A stretch of DNA of 64,000 bases from Octopus sinensis (Eukaryota), in contig NC_043001.1 in assembly GCF_006345805.1 (NCBI RefSeq), positions 92,752,001 to 92,816,000 on the forward strand, written 5' to 3'. The notes under the pieces are model-generated. The model ran no database searches. It was not told the DNA's origin and saw only the letters and a program-made list of their open reading frames with translations. A program made the position numbers and the translations under genes. How positions within the stretch are numbered: the first letter of the stretch is position 1; each line of letters starts with the position of its first letter. Positions 52,531 to 64,000 of this stretch are shown here, piece by piece.

Positions 52531-55434
52531 ACCCACTACACTCACGGAGTGGTTGGCGTTAGGAAGGGCATCCAGCCGTAGAAACACTGCCAGATCTGAC
52601 TGGGCCTGATGAAGCCTTCCAGCTTCACAGACCCCAGTTGAACCGTCCAACCCATGCTAGCATGGAGAACGGACGCTAAATGATGATGATGATGATGATG
52701 ATGATGAATAGAATTCAAGCAGTATCTGACAATATGTTTAAACTAAAGGTTTGGTCATACTATAAGATAACTTCTTACAATTTTCATGCTTGCAAACATT
52801 ACAATGAGTTGTTTTGTAATAATATCTGTGAAGTCATGGAAGTCTCATTATAATAATGAGAAGCACTAATGAGTCATTTATAAATTGTGAGCATGTATGT
52901 ATGATATAATGAAGGAATTTATTGTATACAGTGCTCAGGTGCACTACAACTAAAATAAAAACAAAAGGCCATCAGGTGTACTGTTGGCAAATTTCAGGAA
53001 ACATGGAAGTTTTGAAGGATGTAGTGTCTTGACAGCTAACAACTGATTCGGGTAGTTCAATGCTTCAGCAATTCTGAGCATGAAAAAATGGGTGGATAAT
53101 TTTGTTTATAATAAACTAAATTTTACATTTCTTGCCCACAAGAGATTATGTCCGATTTTTAGCATACTGCTGTATGTCTTCTCAAACCATGATCAAGGAA
53201 AAGTTGTTGATAAGAATTATCAACAAAAACAAAGCTGATAAATATGCACAGGTATTGCAAATTGAATTTAATTACCAATAAACATCAGCTTGGATGACAC
53301 TTCACTCAACCGAGTAAACTTTGGTCCAGACCATAATTAACAGCATGTATGTCAGACTTCAAAAAGTAGTTAACCATTTAATGGTTTTAGTTAATTTATA
53401 CAGAAAAAGTAAGCATTATACCATCCAGCATAAATAAAAAATCAACTTCATTATATTTTAGTCCTTATTTTTTCTGTAAAAACCTATTCTGACATTTAAT
53501 AAGTTCCGGTTCGAATGTTTATGTTTCGTATGTCTTTTTACAAAAAAAAAAAAATTTCTAAAAAAATTCTGGAAACTCATGTTACTCATGTAATTTATAC
53601 AACCATTAAAGTTTATTTTTATTTTTGCAAAAAAAAAGTACGTATATTACATGGGTTCTTACGGAAATATTGAAATTCTTTTGATAGGAATAGAATTAGC
53701 TGAAGTTATTGTCAAATAAACCAATATCACTAAATAACTTTGTGGCCTTTTCTAAATATATCAAACCCAAGACTACTCAAACTGTAACTAAAAGGCCATC
53801 ATCTCTGCATAAACCTCTACACAGAAAGAAATCTTTTACGCAACATTTCCTGTATACAGATTCCAATAATTCTACATAGTTAAACCCTATCATGAGGCTT
53901 CATTGAAACATAAAACAATTTTTTGTCTTTCTGTTTTACAACTAAGGATAAGTTATTTTAAGAAATAATGAAAAGGTTTCTTGACAATTCTTTACCAGCA
54001 CATTTTGTTTTTAACAGAAACAAGATTAGCACTGTTTAAAATTCAATGGCTGATTCTGAGCCATACTACTTGTTCAAATTTACTGTGCAAACCTTAATGA
54101 ATCAAGGAATTATAATATATCAATACAACAATGGATTAAACAATCAGAGATGCATGGTCATTGGAACACGCTTCACAATAATTTATGTAACAATTATATA
54201 CCCCCAAATAGCTGATTTAATCTTCAATATGAATTTTACAAGATTGAATATATAGAAAACTTGAATAATATAGCAGCTATCACCTCCAATTTCAACAATT
54301 TTAAATATACCTAATCATTAATTGCACAATTGGAATATGTAAAACATACAATTGTCAACCTTTTCAGTTTGCATAAATGTTTTTCTTTTTTTATATGCAG
54401 TTTATATAACACACACACACATACTCACACACACATAGACACAAACTTTTACCTATTTATATTGTTTTGGAATAATAAATCTCTGCCAATTTAAGTAATA
54501 GTTCTCTCTCCCTATCTTTCAAACACTGCTTAAACAGTTCTCCAATAAGAGACTATAACAACTGATATTCAAACATTTTAATTGTATGCTTAATACATAC
54601 CTAATTTCATAACATATTTCTCAAAATTGTGTGAAGATTGGTAAGGAAAATGTCTGAGTAACAACTTGTAAAGTTTCAGCCTCACACAGATACACATAGA
54701 CATAATTATAGTGTATATGTGCAACATATAATATGTGTGTGTGTGTGTGTGTGCATGCACGCTTATGTGTGCACACGCAAGTGTACCATATGCAGATACA
54801 CACACACATACACACATTAAGAATATACATACACTGCTACTTGTAAAGCATCAATAAAGTATAAACTTCTGAATTTGTAGTAATATATATAAATATAACA
54901 CACATACACATTTATACATTACTAAAAATTCAGCAGAGTATATTTTTACTCATTAATGCAATGTATACCAGCTAGAATACCAGTTTTACTCCTTTACAGA
55001 TAATGGGTACGAGGATTTGTAATTAATTTTAAATTTGAGACAGCTAATGTCACTTGTTGGATGAAAATAATTAGTTATAGAAGTTTGAGTTCCAGATGAA
55101 TGCATCAGTGCATTGCTCTTCTATGAACATCAACAGTTAAGTATCTTAGGCTTAGTCATCATGAAAGAATACAATGTTAGCAGTTTACTGATTTTATTGC
55201 TTCTATTATTAGTTTGCTATTTGAGATCTAATTTTCATTGCAATGCTTTTATTTGGTTTCATTTAATATTCCTTTTTTTAATTGCATAAATTATTCTATT
55301 CTCAACTTATAACTATAAGACATTAGACTATACTTTTAAATTATCATTAATACAGTAATAGATATCTTTATCTTTTAGTTTTTACTTGAAGAATTTATGA
55401 TGAATGAATCAACACCAGTACTTACTTTTTTTCA

Positions 55435-55715
55435 TTTTTATGCCTGGTATTTATTCTGTTGGTCTCTTGCCAAACTTCTTAGTTACAGGGATGTAAACAC
55501 ACCAACACTGGTTGTCAAGTGTTGGTAGGGACAAAGATAGACATAGACACACGATTGGTATCTTTCAGTTTCTGTCTACCAAATCCACTCACAAGGTTTT
55601 CATCAACCTGAGGCTATATTAGAAGACATTGGCCCAAGGTGCCACACAGTGGGATTGAACCTGGAACCATGTGGTTGGGAAGTAAACTTCTTTTCACACA
55701 GCCACACCTGTGCCT
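55435..55715 (-). mobile_element. Older SINE copy (family of 39885)
   Basis: Reverse complement of head and body (cacagtgggattgaacctggaaccatgtggttggg; accaaatccactcacaagg). Confidence 0.85.
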
Positions 55716-56929
55716 AAGGAGAAAAAGTCATTTTTAGCTTTTTACTTTATTTAGAGTTATTCTTTGCTTATTCTTCAATTTTAAAATGATTTTCCCTTCT
55801 GGAGTTGGAACAGCTTGATAGCATTTGAATTTTTGCTTTTATCATACATTGCCTCTTTTCTGTATCATATTGTTTCTTTTAATTGTGTTTCAAATCTAGT
55901 ACATCTATATTTCAGTGGCATATGGAAACTGTAAAGCACTCATGACTCTAAATTTACTAAATAGAAACAACCAAACTACCCCATGAAATATTAAGAAATA
56001 TGTAACAGGGAAACAATAAAAAGAAGTATTAGTATTTTAAAGCTACTATAATTAAAATTAATGACAAAATATTGGAACCTGTCTAAATATTACACAACTT
56101 TCAAACACTATTACAATATATGGCATTAAAAGAAAACAAACATAAAATATACACCACCATTTTATGTCAAAACCATTACCCTCAATATTTCATGCATCAT
56201 TATTCAAATCTTTTCAACAAAATCACCAGAACCATTACGTGAGACACTAAATCATCCAATTTCCAAAGAGTGTAGCATAAAACAAACAAAACAAGATAAA
56301 TAGCACTAAAATTGAATTACTCTCAAGTGTGGCAGAGCTTGATATACTTAAGTGTAAATAGTTCATAATCTGTAGCTAGATTTTTACTCTGTGTCTGAAC
56401 ACCAACAGTTAACTTTCAAAAGCCTTGTACAATTGAAAAAACACAGCCTACAAACTGTTGGATTTTACTAGGTTATGAAAGGCATTAAACATTTGATGAT
56501 GCTAACAGTCAACAATTCTATCAATGCAAATTGCAATTTATGTTAATTGTAATAATGCTGGAGGCTTCACAATCCTCAAGTTAACTTTTCATACAAAGTT
56601 CATGATAAATAGTGAACACAAGCAATGGCTTTATGGTTAAGAAGCTTGATACCCAACTACATGATACCATGTTCAATCCAACTGCACAGCAGTTTGCACA
56701 CATTTCTGCTATCGTTTGAGTTAATTATGAACGGAATTTGAGAGATAGAAATTGTGCACTGTATGTATCTTAATGTATAAAAGTGAATTGATGTATCTAT
56801 GTTCCAGGCCACAGTTTTGCACCTAGGTAACTGAAATTTCAGAGCTACACATGATTTCATGAAGATCACAAGCTATATGGTTTATGATTTTATAAGCAGA
56901 TTATTTGGAATCAGCTGGGAAATGAAAGA

Positions 56930-57210
56930 CTCAATGACCATGAGGTAAGAAGTTTGCTTCCCAGCAATGTGATCCCAGGTTCAGTCCCACTGTGTGACAC
57001 CTAGAGCAAGTGTAAGAAGCCCACCATGTGTGTGTGTGTATACATTGCATTGTCTTGATATCTCATGACAGTTGTAATTGAGTATCACTGTCATTTCCAA
57101 TTTTCTGAAAGAATATACCTGACCATGAGGAAATATCACTTTGCTTTGAAACAGACAAAGGTTAGTAACAGGAAGGGCATCCAGTTGTAGAAAATCTGCC
57201 TCTCTTTCAG
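56930..57210 (+). mobile_element. SINE with the 39885-type head, a different body and an RTE-type tail motif
   Basis: gaggtaagaagtttgcttccc...ggttcagtcccactgtgtgacac head; ends ggaagggcatccagttgtagaaa, as in the RTE 3' end. Confidence 0.75.
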
Positions 57211-57784
57211 ACACACACACAAACCTCACATGTTTACCACACTTGCAGGAGCAAACATATGTCCGTTTAGTAGTATTCTTAATAAAGGTATCATTGTGGA
57301 GAGAAATTATCCATAAACATATGTGTTTATGGATGTGTTAATGGACATATCCCACATCTCTTCAGTCCAATTACTTGTTTGACTTTTCAGCTAGAAAGAA
57401 GACATAAATGATACCGTTATTTGTGTGCAAAAGAAAGCTATTATTTGATCAGCTTAATTTAGATAATAAATGTCTCTAGCAAGCATAACATTCTTCTATT
57501 ATAATAAAATAGCCATCATCATACCATAGGTCAGCTCAAGTAGGGTTTGCATGAATAACTCAACTTGATGAAAATCAACAATAATCATCCAATTTCAATA
57601 CATGGATTACCTTTTACCATTTACAAAGAAACCAAGGAAGCGATTAACAGTCAAGTTTAGAAATAACTGAAGGCAGCCTGAAGGTTGGAGGAGCAAGTAG
57701 CTGCAGCCTGGCTTAAGCTTAGCCAAATATTTTTCTCTACAACACAAAGGACTTTACTTATTGTCTCCATCAGCAGAAGATAAG

Positions 57785-57785
<1 letters not shown>

Positions 57786-57815
<30 letters not shown>

Positions 57816-57952
57816 TGTATGTATGTATGTATGTATGTATGTATGTATGTATGTATGTATGTATGCATGCATGCATGTATGAATGTATGCATGTGTATGT
57901 ATGTATGTATGTATGTATGTAGCATGCATGCATACATGCATGTATGTATGTA
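57786..57952 (+). repeat. (TATG)n microsatellite
   Basis: Direct reading. Confidence 0.95.
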
Positions 57953-58009
57953 AACTCTCAAATGTAATAGCTTAAAATATGCTGAAACAATAAACAAAAA
58001 GATGATGTG

Positions 58010-58107
<98 letters not shown>

Positions 58108-58112
58108 TAATC

Positions 58113-58309
58113 AAAAGTTTTGAATGGTACAACATTGCACTATAATACAAACAATGTTGTAATTTAGTCATCCATAATCTGATGATATTTTGGAATAAAA
58201 TTCCTTCTCCAGATATTCTTAGATGGAGTCACTGCTATAATCGGTTTTCCAACGGGTTTTCTTTTTATTTTTTGTATTATAGTGCATTGTTGTACCATTC
58301 AAAACTTTT
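58113..58309. mobile_element. ~197-bp MITE-like element with 39-bp inverted ends
   Basis: aaaagttttgaatggtacaacattgcactataatacaaa (58113-58151) vs tttgtattatagtgcattgttgtaccattcaaaactttt (58271-58309), one mismatch. No clear target duplication. Confidence 0.7.
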
Positions 58310-58377
58310 TATTCTTTACAAACAATATACAATGCTTCAAGCGAACTGCAATACTTTCCTATGTGTGTATATATATA

Positions 58378-58606
<229 letters not shown>

Positions 58607-58626
58607 TAGATATGCATATACATTAT

Positions 58627-58904
58627 CTTTTATTTGTTTCAGTCATTTGACTGCAGCCAATCTGGAGCATAACCTTGAAGGGTTCTAGTCGAACAAATCA
58701 ACCACAGGACATATTTTTGAATCCTAGTACTTATTCTCTCAGTCTCTTTTGCTGAACCACTAAGTTATGGGGATGTAAACACACCACCACCAGTTGTCAA
58801 GTGGGTCAAACACAGACACACATATATAGATATATACATACACACACATAGGTGAGGTCTATTTTATATGCTGGCGACTGATAAAATTTTTAATGATTTT
58901 ATCC

Positions 58905-59002
<98 letters not shown>

Positions 59003-59160
59003 CAGACTTCATTCAGTTTCTCTCTACTAAATCCACTCACAAGCCTTTGGTCAGCCCAAGACTATAGCAGAAGACACTTGCCCAAGATGTCACACAGGTC
59101 TGAGCCTGGAACGATGTGGTTGGGAACCAAACTTCATACTACCCAGTCACGCCTGTGCCT
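58627..59160 (-). mobile_element. SINE (family of 39885) split by an expanded internal microsatellite
   Basis: 3' half at 58627-58810 and 5' half at 59000-59160, separated by CA/TA/ATT repeats where other copies have a short (TA)(TG) tract. Confidence 0.8.
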
Positions 59161-59190
59161 ATGAATATATATGTGAATACATAAACACAC

Positions 59191-59220
<30 letters not shown>

Positions 59221-59221
<1 letters not shown>

Positions 59222-61853
59222 GCAGGGAATTGCATCATAGCAGGGAATTGTATCAGACAGCCAAAAGGGAAGCTAGGAGACAGGTTTATTTAGCCAGAGG
59301 GGAAGCGGATAAGAAAAAATTTGCCAATGTTCTGAGCCATGAGGATGAAAGACTTGAGGTATTTCGTGTTGCAAGACAGTGTGTGAGAGAGAATCGTGAT
59401 GTGGTAGGAGAGAAGTGTGTTCGCATGGATGATGGTTCACTTGCGCTAAATGAGGATGCAAAGAGAGAGGTTTGGAGATGCCACTATGAAAGGTTGCTGA
59501 ATAAAGAAAATGAATGGGATAAAGAGAGTCTGCCGAATGTTGACCCAACAGAGGGACCAGCTATCCGAGTTGATAGTTCCGTGGTAGCTAAGGCAATTAG
59601 AAGCATGAAGACAGGGAAAGCCCCAGGCCCATCAGGAATTACTGCAGAGATGCTCAAAATATCTGGCAGTGTCGGCTATAACCTAGTCACCCGTATAGTC
59701 AACCAGGTGATACACGAAGGAGTCATACCCAATGACTGGTGTAGCAGCATACTAGTCAACTACTACAAAGGTAAAGGTGATGCCCTGGATACAAATAATT
59801 ACAGAGGTATCAAGCTGTTGGATCAGGTAATGAAGGTTACGGAGAGGGTCATAGCCCAACTAATTAGAGAGAGAGTTAGTTTAGATGAGATGCAGTTTGG
59901 GTTTGTCCCAGGGAAAAGCACCACTGATGCTATATTCCTGGTAAGGCAGCTGCAGGAGATAAAGATAGCCAAAGATAAGCCCCTGTACCTGGCTTTCGTT
60001 GACATGGAGAAAGCCTTTGATAGGGTCCCCCGATCCCTCATCTGGTGGTCAATGAGGAAACTAGGGATAGATGAATGGCTGGTGAGGGCTGTGCAAGCCA
60101 TGTACAGAGATGCCGTAAGTAAGGTTAGAGTTGGCAGCATGTACACAGAAGAATTCAAGGTAGAGGTTGGGGTCCACTAGGGTTCAGTACTCAGCCCCCT
60201 CCTATTTATCATAGTCCTCCAGGCAATTGTGGAGGAATTCAAGACAGGTTGCCCCTGGGAGCTCCTATATGCTGACGACCTCGCTCTAATCGCTGAGTCA
60301 CTATCAGAACTGGAGGAGAAGTTCCAGGTGTGGAAGGAGGGTTTAGAATCGAGGGGCCTTAGAGTCAACCTAGCTAAAACCAAAGTACTAATAAGTAGAA
60401 AGTTAGAAAATCCACAAATATCCTCAGGAAGATGGCCCTGCTCGATCTGTAGAAAAGGTGTAGGTAGAAACTCTATAAGATGTACCCAGTGTAAGCTATG
60501 GACACATAAGAGGTGCAGCAATGTCAAAGGTAGGCTAACTGGGAAGATAGTTTTTGTATGTGGCAGATGCTCTGGAGCATTGACCTCCGAAAATCTGCAG
60601 AAAACAACTTCCGTCACTTTCCGGGGGGAAAAACTAGAAGTAGTTGATAGCTTCCGCTATCTAGGTGACCAAGTCAGTAGTGGGGGCGGGTGCGCTGAAA
60701 GTGTAACTGCTAGAATAAGAATAGCCTGGGCAAAGTTTAGGGAGCTCTTACCTCTGCTGGTGACTAAAGGCCTCTCGCTCAGAGTAAAAGGCAGACTGTA
60801 TGATGCATGTGTACGAACAGCTATGCTACATGGCAGTGAAACATGGGCCGTGACTGCTGAGGACATGCGTAAACTTGTGAGGAACGAAGCCAGTATGCTC
60901 CGATGGATGTGTAATGTCAGTGTACTTACTCGACAAAGCGTTAGTACCTTGAGAGAAATGTTGTACCTAAGAAGCATTAGTTGTTGTGTGCAAGAGAGAC
61001 GATTGTGCTGGTATGGTCATGTGGCGAGAATGGATGAAGATAGGTGTGTGAGAAAGTGCCAATCCCTAGCAGTTGAGGGAACCCGTGGAAGAGGTAGACC
61101 CAGGAAAACCTGGGACGAAGTGGTGAAGCACGACCTTCGGACGTTAGGTCTCACCATGGAAATGACTAGAGACCAAGACCTATGGAAGTATGCTGTGCGT
61201 GAGAAGACCCGGCAAGACTAGTGAAGCCATAATCCGTGGCCCCTACCTGGGACGTAGTCAGTCCACCTGTGCATACCTTCCTTCTTGTGACACTTGTGAA
61301 GACCTGTTGAGGCAAGTGAGAATCGAATCGAATCAAATCAAATCAAATCGAACCAAATCAAAATAGATGAACATCAATGGAATTTGTATCCTTGTGGTAC
61401 CAGTGCCGGTGGTACATAAGAAAACCATCCGAACGTGATCGTAGCCAGTACCGCAACGACTGGCCTCCGTGCTGAGGGCACGTAACAAACACCATCCGAG
61501 CGTGGCCGTCTGCCAGCCCCGTCTGGCACCTGTGTCGGTGACACATAAGAAAACACCATCCGAGCGTGGCCGTCAGCCAGCCTCGTCTGGCACCTGTGTC
61601 GGTGGCACATAAAAAACACCATCCGAGCGTGGCCGTCTGCCAGCCTCGTCTGGCACCTGTGTCGGTGGCACATAAAATCACCCACTACACTCTCGGAGTG
61701 GTTGGCGTTAGGAAGGGCATCCAGCTGTAGAAACACTGCCAGATCTGACTGGCCTGGTGCAGCCTTTGGGCTTGCCAGACCCCAGTTGAACCGTCCAACC
61801 CATGCTAGCATGGAAAGCGGACGTTAAACGATGATGATGATGATGATGATGAT
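59221..61853 (+). mobile_element. RTE LINE copy 3, 5'-truncated and young; one nonsense codon
   Basis: Reading frame open from ~59239 to 61221 except TAG at 60178-60180; PHD insert 60439-60570; 3' UTR with ~4.5 structured units (61405-61680) and (GAT)n tail. Confidence 0.96.
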
Positions 61854-61899
61854 ATATTCTTGTTTAAAAATTATATATATAATTTTTAAACAAGAATAT
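61854..61899. repeat. Perfect 46-bp palindrome
   Basis: atattcttgtttaaaaattatat|atataatttttaaacaagaatat. Confidence 0.95.
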
Positions 61900-62770
61900 T
61901 ATTTACAGCCACTTCGAAGATCAATAGAAATGCTTTTGGTCTCACCTATGGCATAACACCTGTAAGGTCATAGCATAGTTTAAAACCAATAGTGAAAGGG
62001 GTAGAGGTAGGTTTACCCAATTTGATATAGTGGACTTTTATCCATCTATATTGAAGGACCTCCTTTCCAAGGCACTGGATTTTGTTAGGGCTTACACTGA
62101 AGTTAATGATGAGAACATATGCATTACCATACATGCCAGAAGAACCCCACTCTTCAGTAAAGGGCAGCCTAGGTTAAATGAACAAATCCAGAAGGCTCCT
62201 TTGATGTGGCAATAGGCACTTTTGACAGTGCTGACCTGTGTGGCCTTGTTGGCTTCTTTATCCTGTATGTATTCAAAAAGAAGTTCCCTTCAACTAGCTT
62301 TGGTCTCTTCAGGGATGACGTGCTGGCAATATCAAGAGTGACAAATGGTCATATGTTAGATAAGCTTAGAAAGGATATCACCAGTACCATGAACTCTCTT
62401 GGACTGAAGGTCATGATAGAAACCAACCTGATAACGGTGTTTTCCTCGATGTGACCCTGGACTTGGAGTCTGGTGCCTATAGACTCTTTACGAAGCCAAA
62501 TGAGAAGCTATCATGTATTAACACAGGTTCCTGTCATCTAGCCATAGTTTTCAAGAACCTGGTAAAGGGTGTCAGCAGAAGAATCTCCAAACTATCTTCA
62601 AGCAAAGAGATTTTTGTTGCTGCTATCCCGTACTATAATGAGATCTCATTGCCAGTGGTTTCATTCTATGATGGCTACCTTTGATGAGTGCAGGGTTACA
62701 TAACCAAACTGTTGCCTAACACTCTGCTGAATATCTCGTGCAAAGCTGATTGGTAAGATCGGCCATAACG
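61900..62770 (+). mobile_element. Penelope-like element reverse transcriptase fragment (pseudogenised)
   Basis: QFDIVDFYPSI, FDVAIGTFDSADLCGLVG, GLFRDD, FLDVTLDL and KPNEKLSCINTGSCH across frameshifts, in PLE RT order. Confidence 0.85.
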
Positions 62771-62897
62771 GATATATAATACTGTACACTTCAATTAATA
62801 CACACACACACACACACACATACATACATATATAAATATATACGTGTATTTGTGTTTGTGTGTGTATGTCTCTGTGTGTATATACACACACATACAC

Positions 62898-63070
62898 ATC
62901 GTCATCATCATCATTTTAATCTCTATTTTCTAAGCTTGTATGGGTCAGATGATGTTCTGATGGAGCAGAGTTTCTAAAGATAAATGCCCTTCCTGACACC
63001 TGTTTCCAAACAAGATAATCATCTCTCAGTCTATCAAACAGCAGCCATCACCATGTTTATGCAAAGAACT
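62898..63070 (-). mobile_element. Old short element with RTE-type tail
   Basis: catcatcatcattttaat...tttc.aagcttgtatggg...atgcccttcct on the + strand. Confidence 0.6.
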
Positions 63071-64000
63071 GGAAATAAACAACATTTGAATGAGCTATTT
63101 GTTTGCAAAAATTGTGCAACATATTACAACTTATGAAGCCCAAACACGCTTTTGCAGTAAACTGGAAGCAAAAAACACCATTTCTATGAACAATAAGATT
63201 GTTGTTTACAGTCAGCTAATACATGTAATGATGAGTGGAAATACAAACACACACAAAACATGTATATACATATATTTATGTGTGTGTGTGTGTGTGTATC
63301 TATCTATCTTTCATTTTCAAGATATTCATTTTAATAGTTTCAAGTTTCATTGTTCAGATTTTGTTCAATAATTGGAAACATGAAAATTTACACTTTCAGC
63401 TTAACAAATATATTTTGACCCCTCATTTTCAGCTCTGAGTTCTCACAGTTTTACTTCTTGTCTACAATGAATTCTTTACATTCGTGTGTTTGCAAATAAG
63501 CATGCATGTGTACACAGCACACATACACACACATACTTCCCAATATACATACACAGCAACATGTATACTTACATATATACACAAGTTCACAAAAACTAAG
63601 TTTATTGGCAATGTAACATAAAGACACATGTCCGATACAATCATACATATATGTTGCAGATGTACAGATACATACACAAACATATACAAACATTGAGATG
63701 AAAGTTCACAGACATACACAAACCTTTTAATGCTAACACATGAATGGATAGGTTCTCCATATGTACACAAAATCAAACACAGAAATATCCCCTTTTCAGT
63801 AAATTTATGAAGATAGGAAGCCATCTAATAAAATATCATTAAAATTTAAAACTCATCAATAATTTGTAAAAAAATAATGTCATCAGCTTTGAATATATTA
63901 TTATCATACTATTGTTAAAAATTATATTTGAGCTGCCTCTAAATTTGAATATAGATCTATATATATAAAGAGTGAGAGGGAGGTGCATGTATGTTTGTGT

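Larger units (their letters stand above)
48570..52706 (+). mobile_element. RTE LINE copy 2, near full length (APE-RT-PHD ORF 48905-51897, structured 3' UTR, (GAT)n tail); inactivated
   Basis: APE motifs CCIQEVRW, GDFNGHVG, QIDYIL, HRMVVSD; RT motifs QFGFVPGKSTTDA, AFVDMEKAFD, YADDL. Lesions: TGA at 49658, ~25-nt deletion near 50416, TAA at 50851. 5' boundary uncertain. Confidence 0.96.

Noticed and set aside
51824-52650. Three 200-240-aa minus-strand ORFs with repeated peptides, and a CRISPR-like appearance
   Set aside because: They are antisense readings of the RTE 3'-UTR array. The units are contiguous with no unique spacers, and no cas genes are present in this eukaryotic DNA.
57305-57370. 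Minus-strand CUGAAGA followed by a 6-bp stem and a second hairpin
   Set aside because: GAAA is replaced by CAUAAA and stem I cannot form; at most a broken hammerhead remnant.

Overview
AT-rich, microsatellite-dense animal genomic DNA. The SINE/LINE families and long (TA)n/(CA)n tracts suggest a cephalopod, probably Octopus (inference). One host exon is well supported: a 282-nt phase 1-1 exon on the minus strand (26297-26578) encoding one Ig domain that resembles turtle/IgSF9 adhesion proteins. The rest of the window therefore appears to be very large introns. These are filled with mobile DNA: several copies of an RTE-clade LINE whose RT carries an inserted PHD-type C4HC3 finger and whose 3' UTR holds arrays of structured ~62-nt units; a BovB-like RTE; CR1-group LINEs; a rearranged mariner; a piggyBac-type MITE and other MITE-like elements; at least four SINE types; and Penelope-like (PLE) remnants. 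The most notable hidden structure is a set of hammerhead ribozyme motifs in the PLE-like remnants, including one in each arm of a 2.5-kb inverted-repeat structure and a non-canonical core variant found twice. Also notable: duplicated 5' junctions in two RTE copies, and a nonsense codon at the same RT glutamine in two copies. Most ORFs in the supplied track are translated microsatellites or antisense shadows. No database search or folding computation was run; all calls come from reading the sequence, and boundaries of old elements are approximate.
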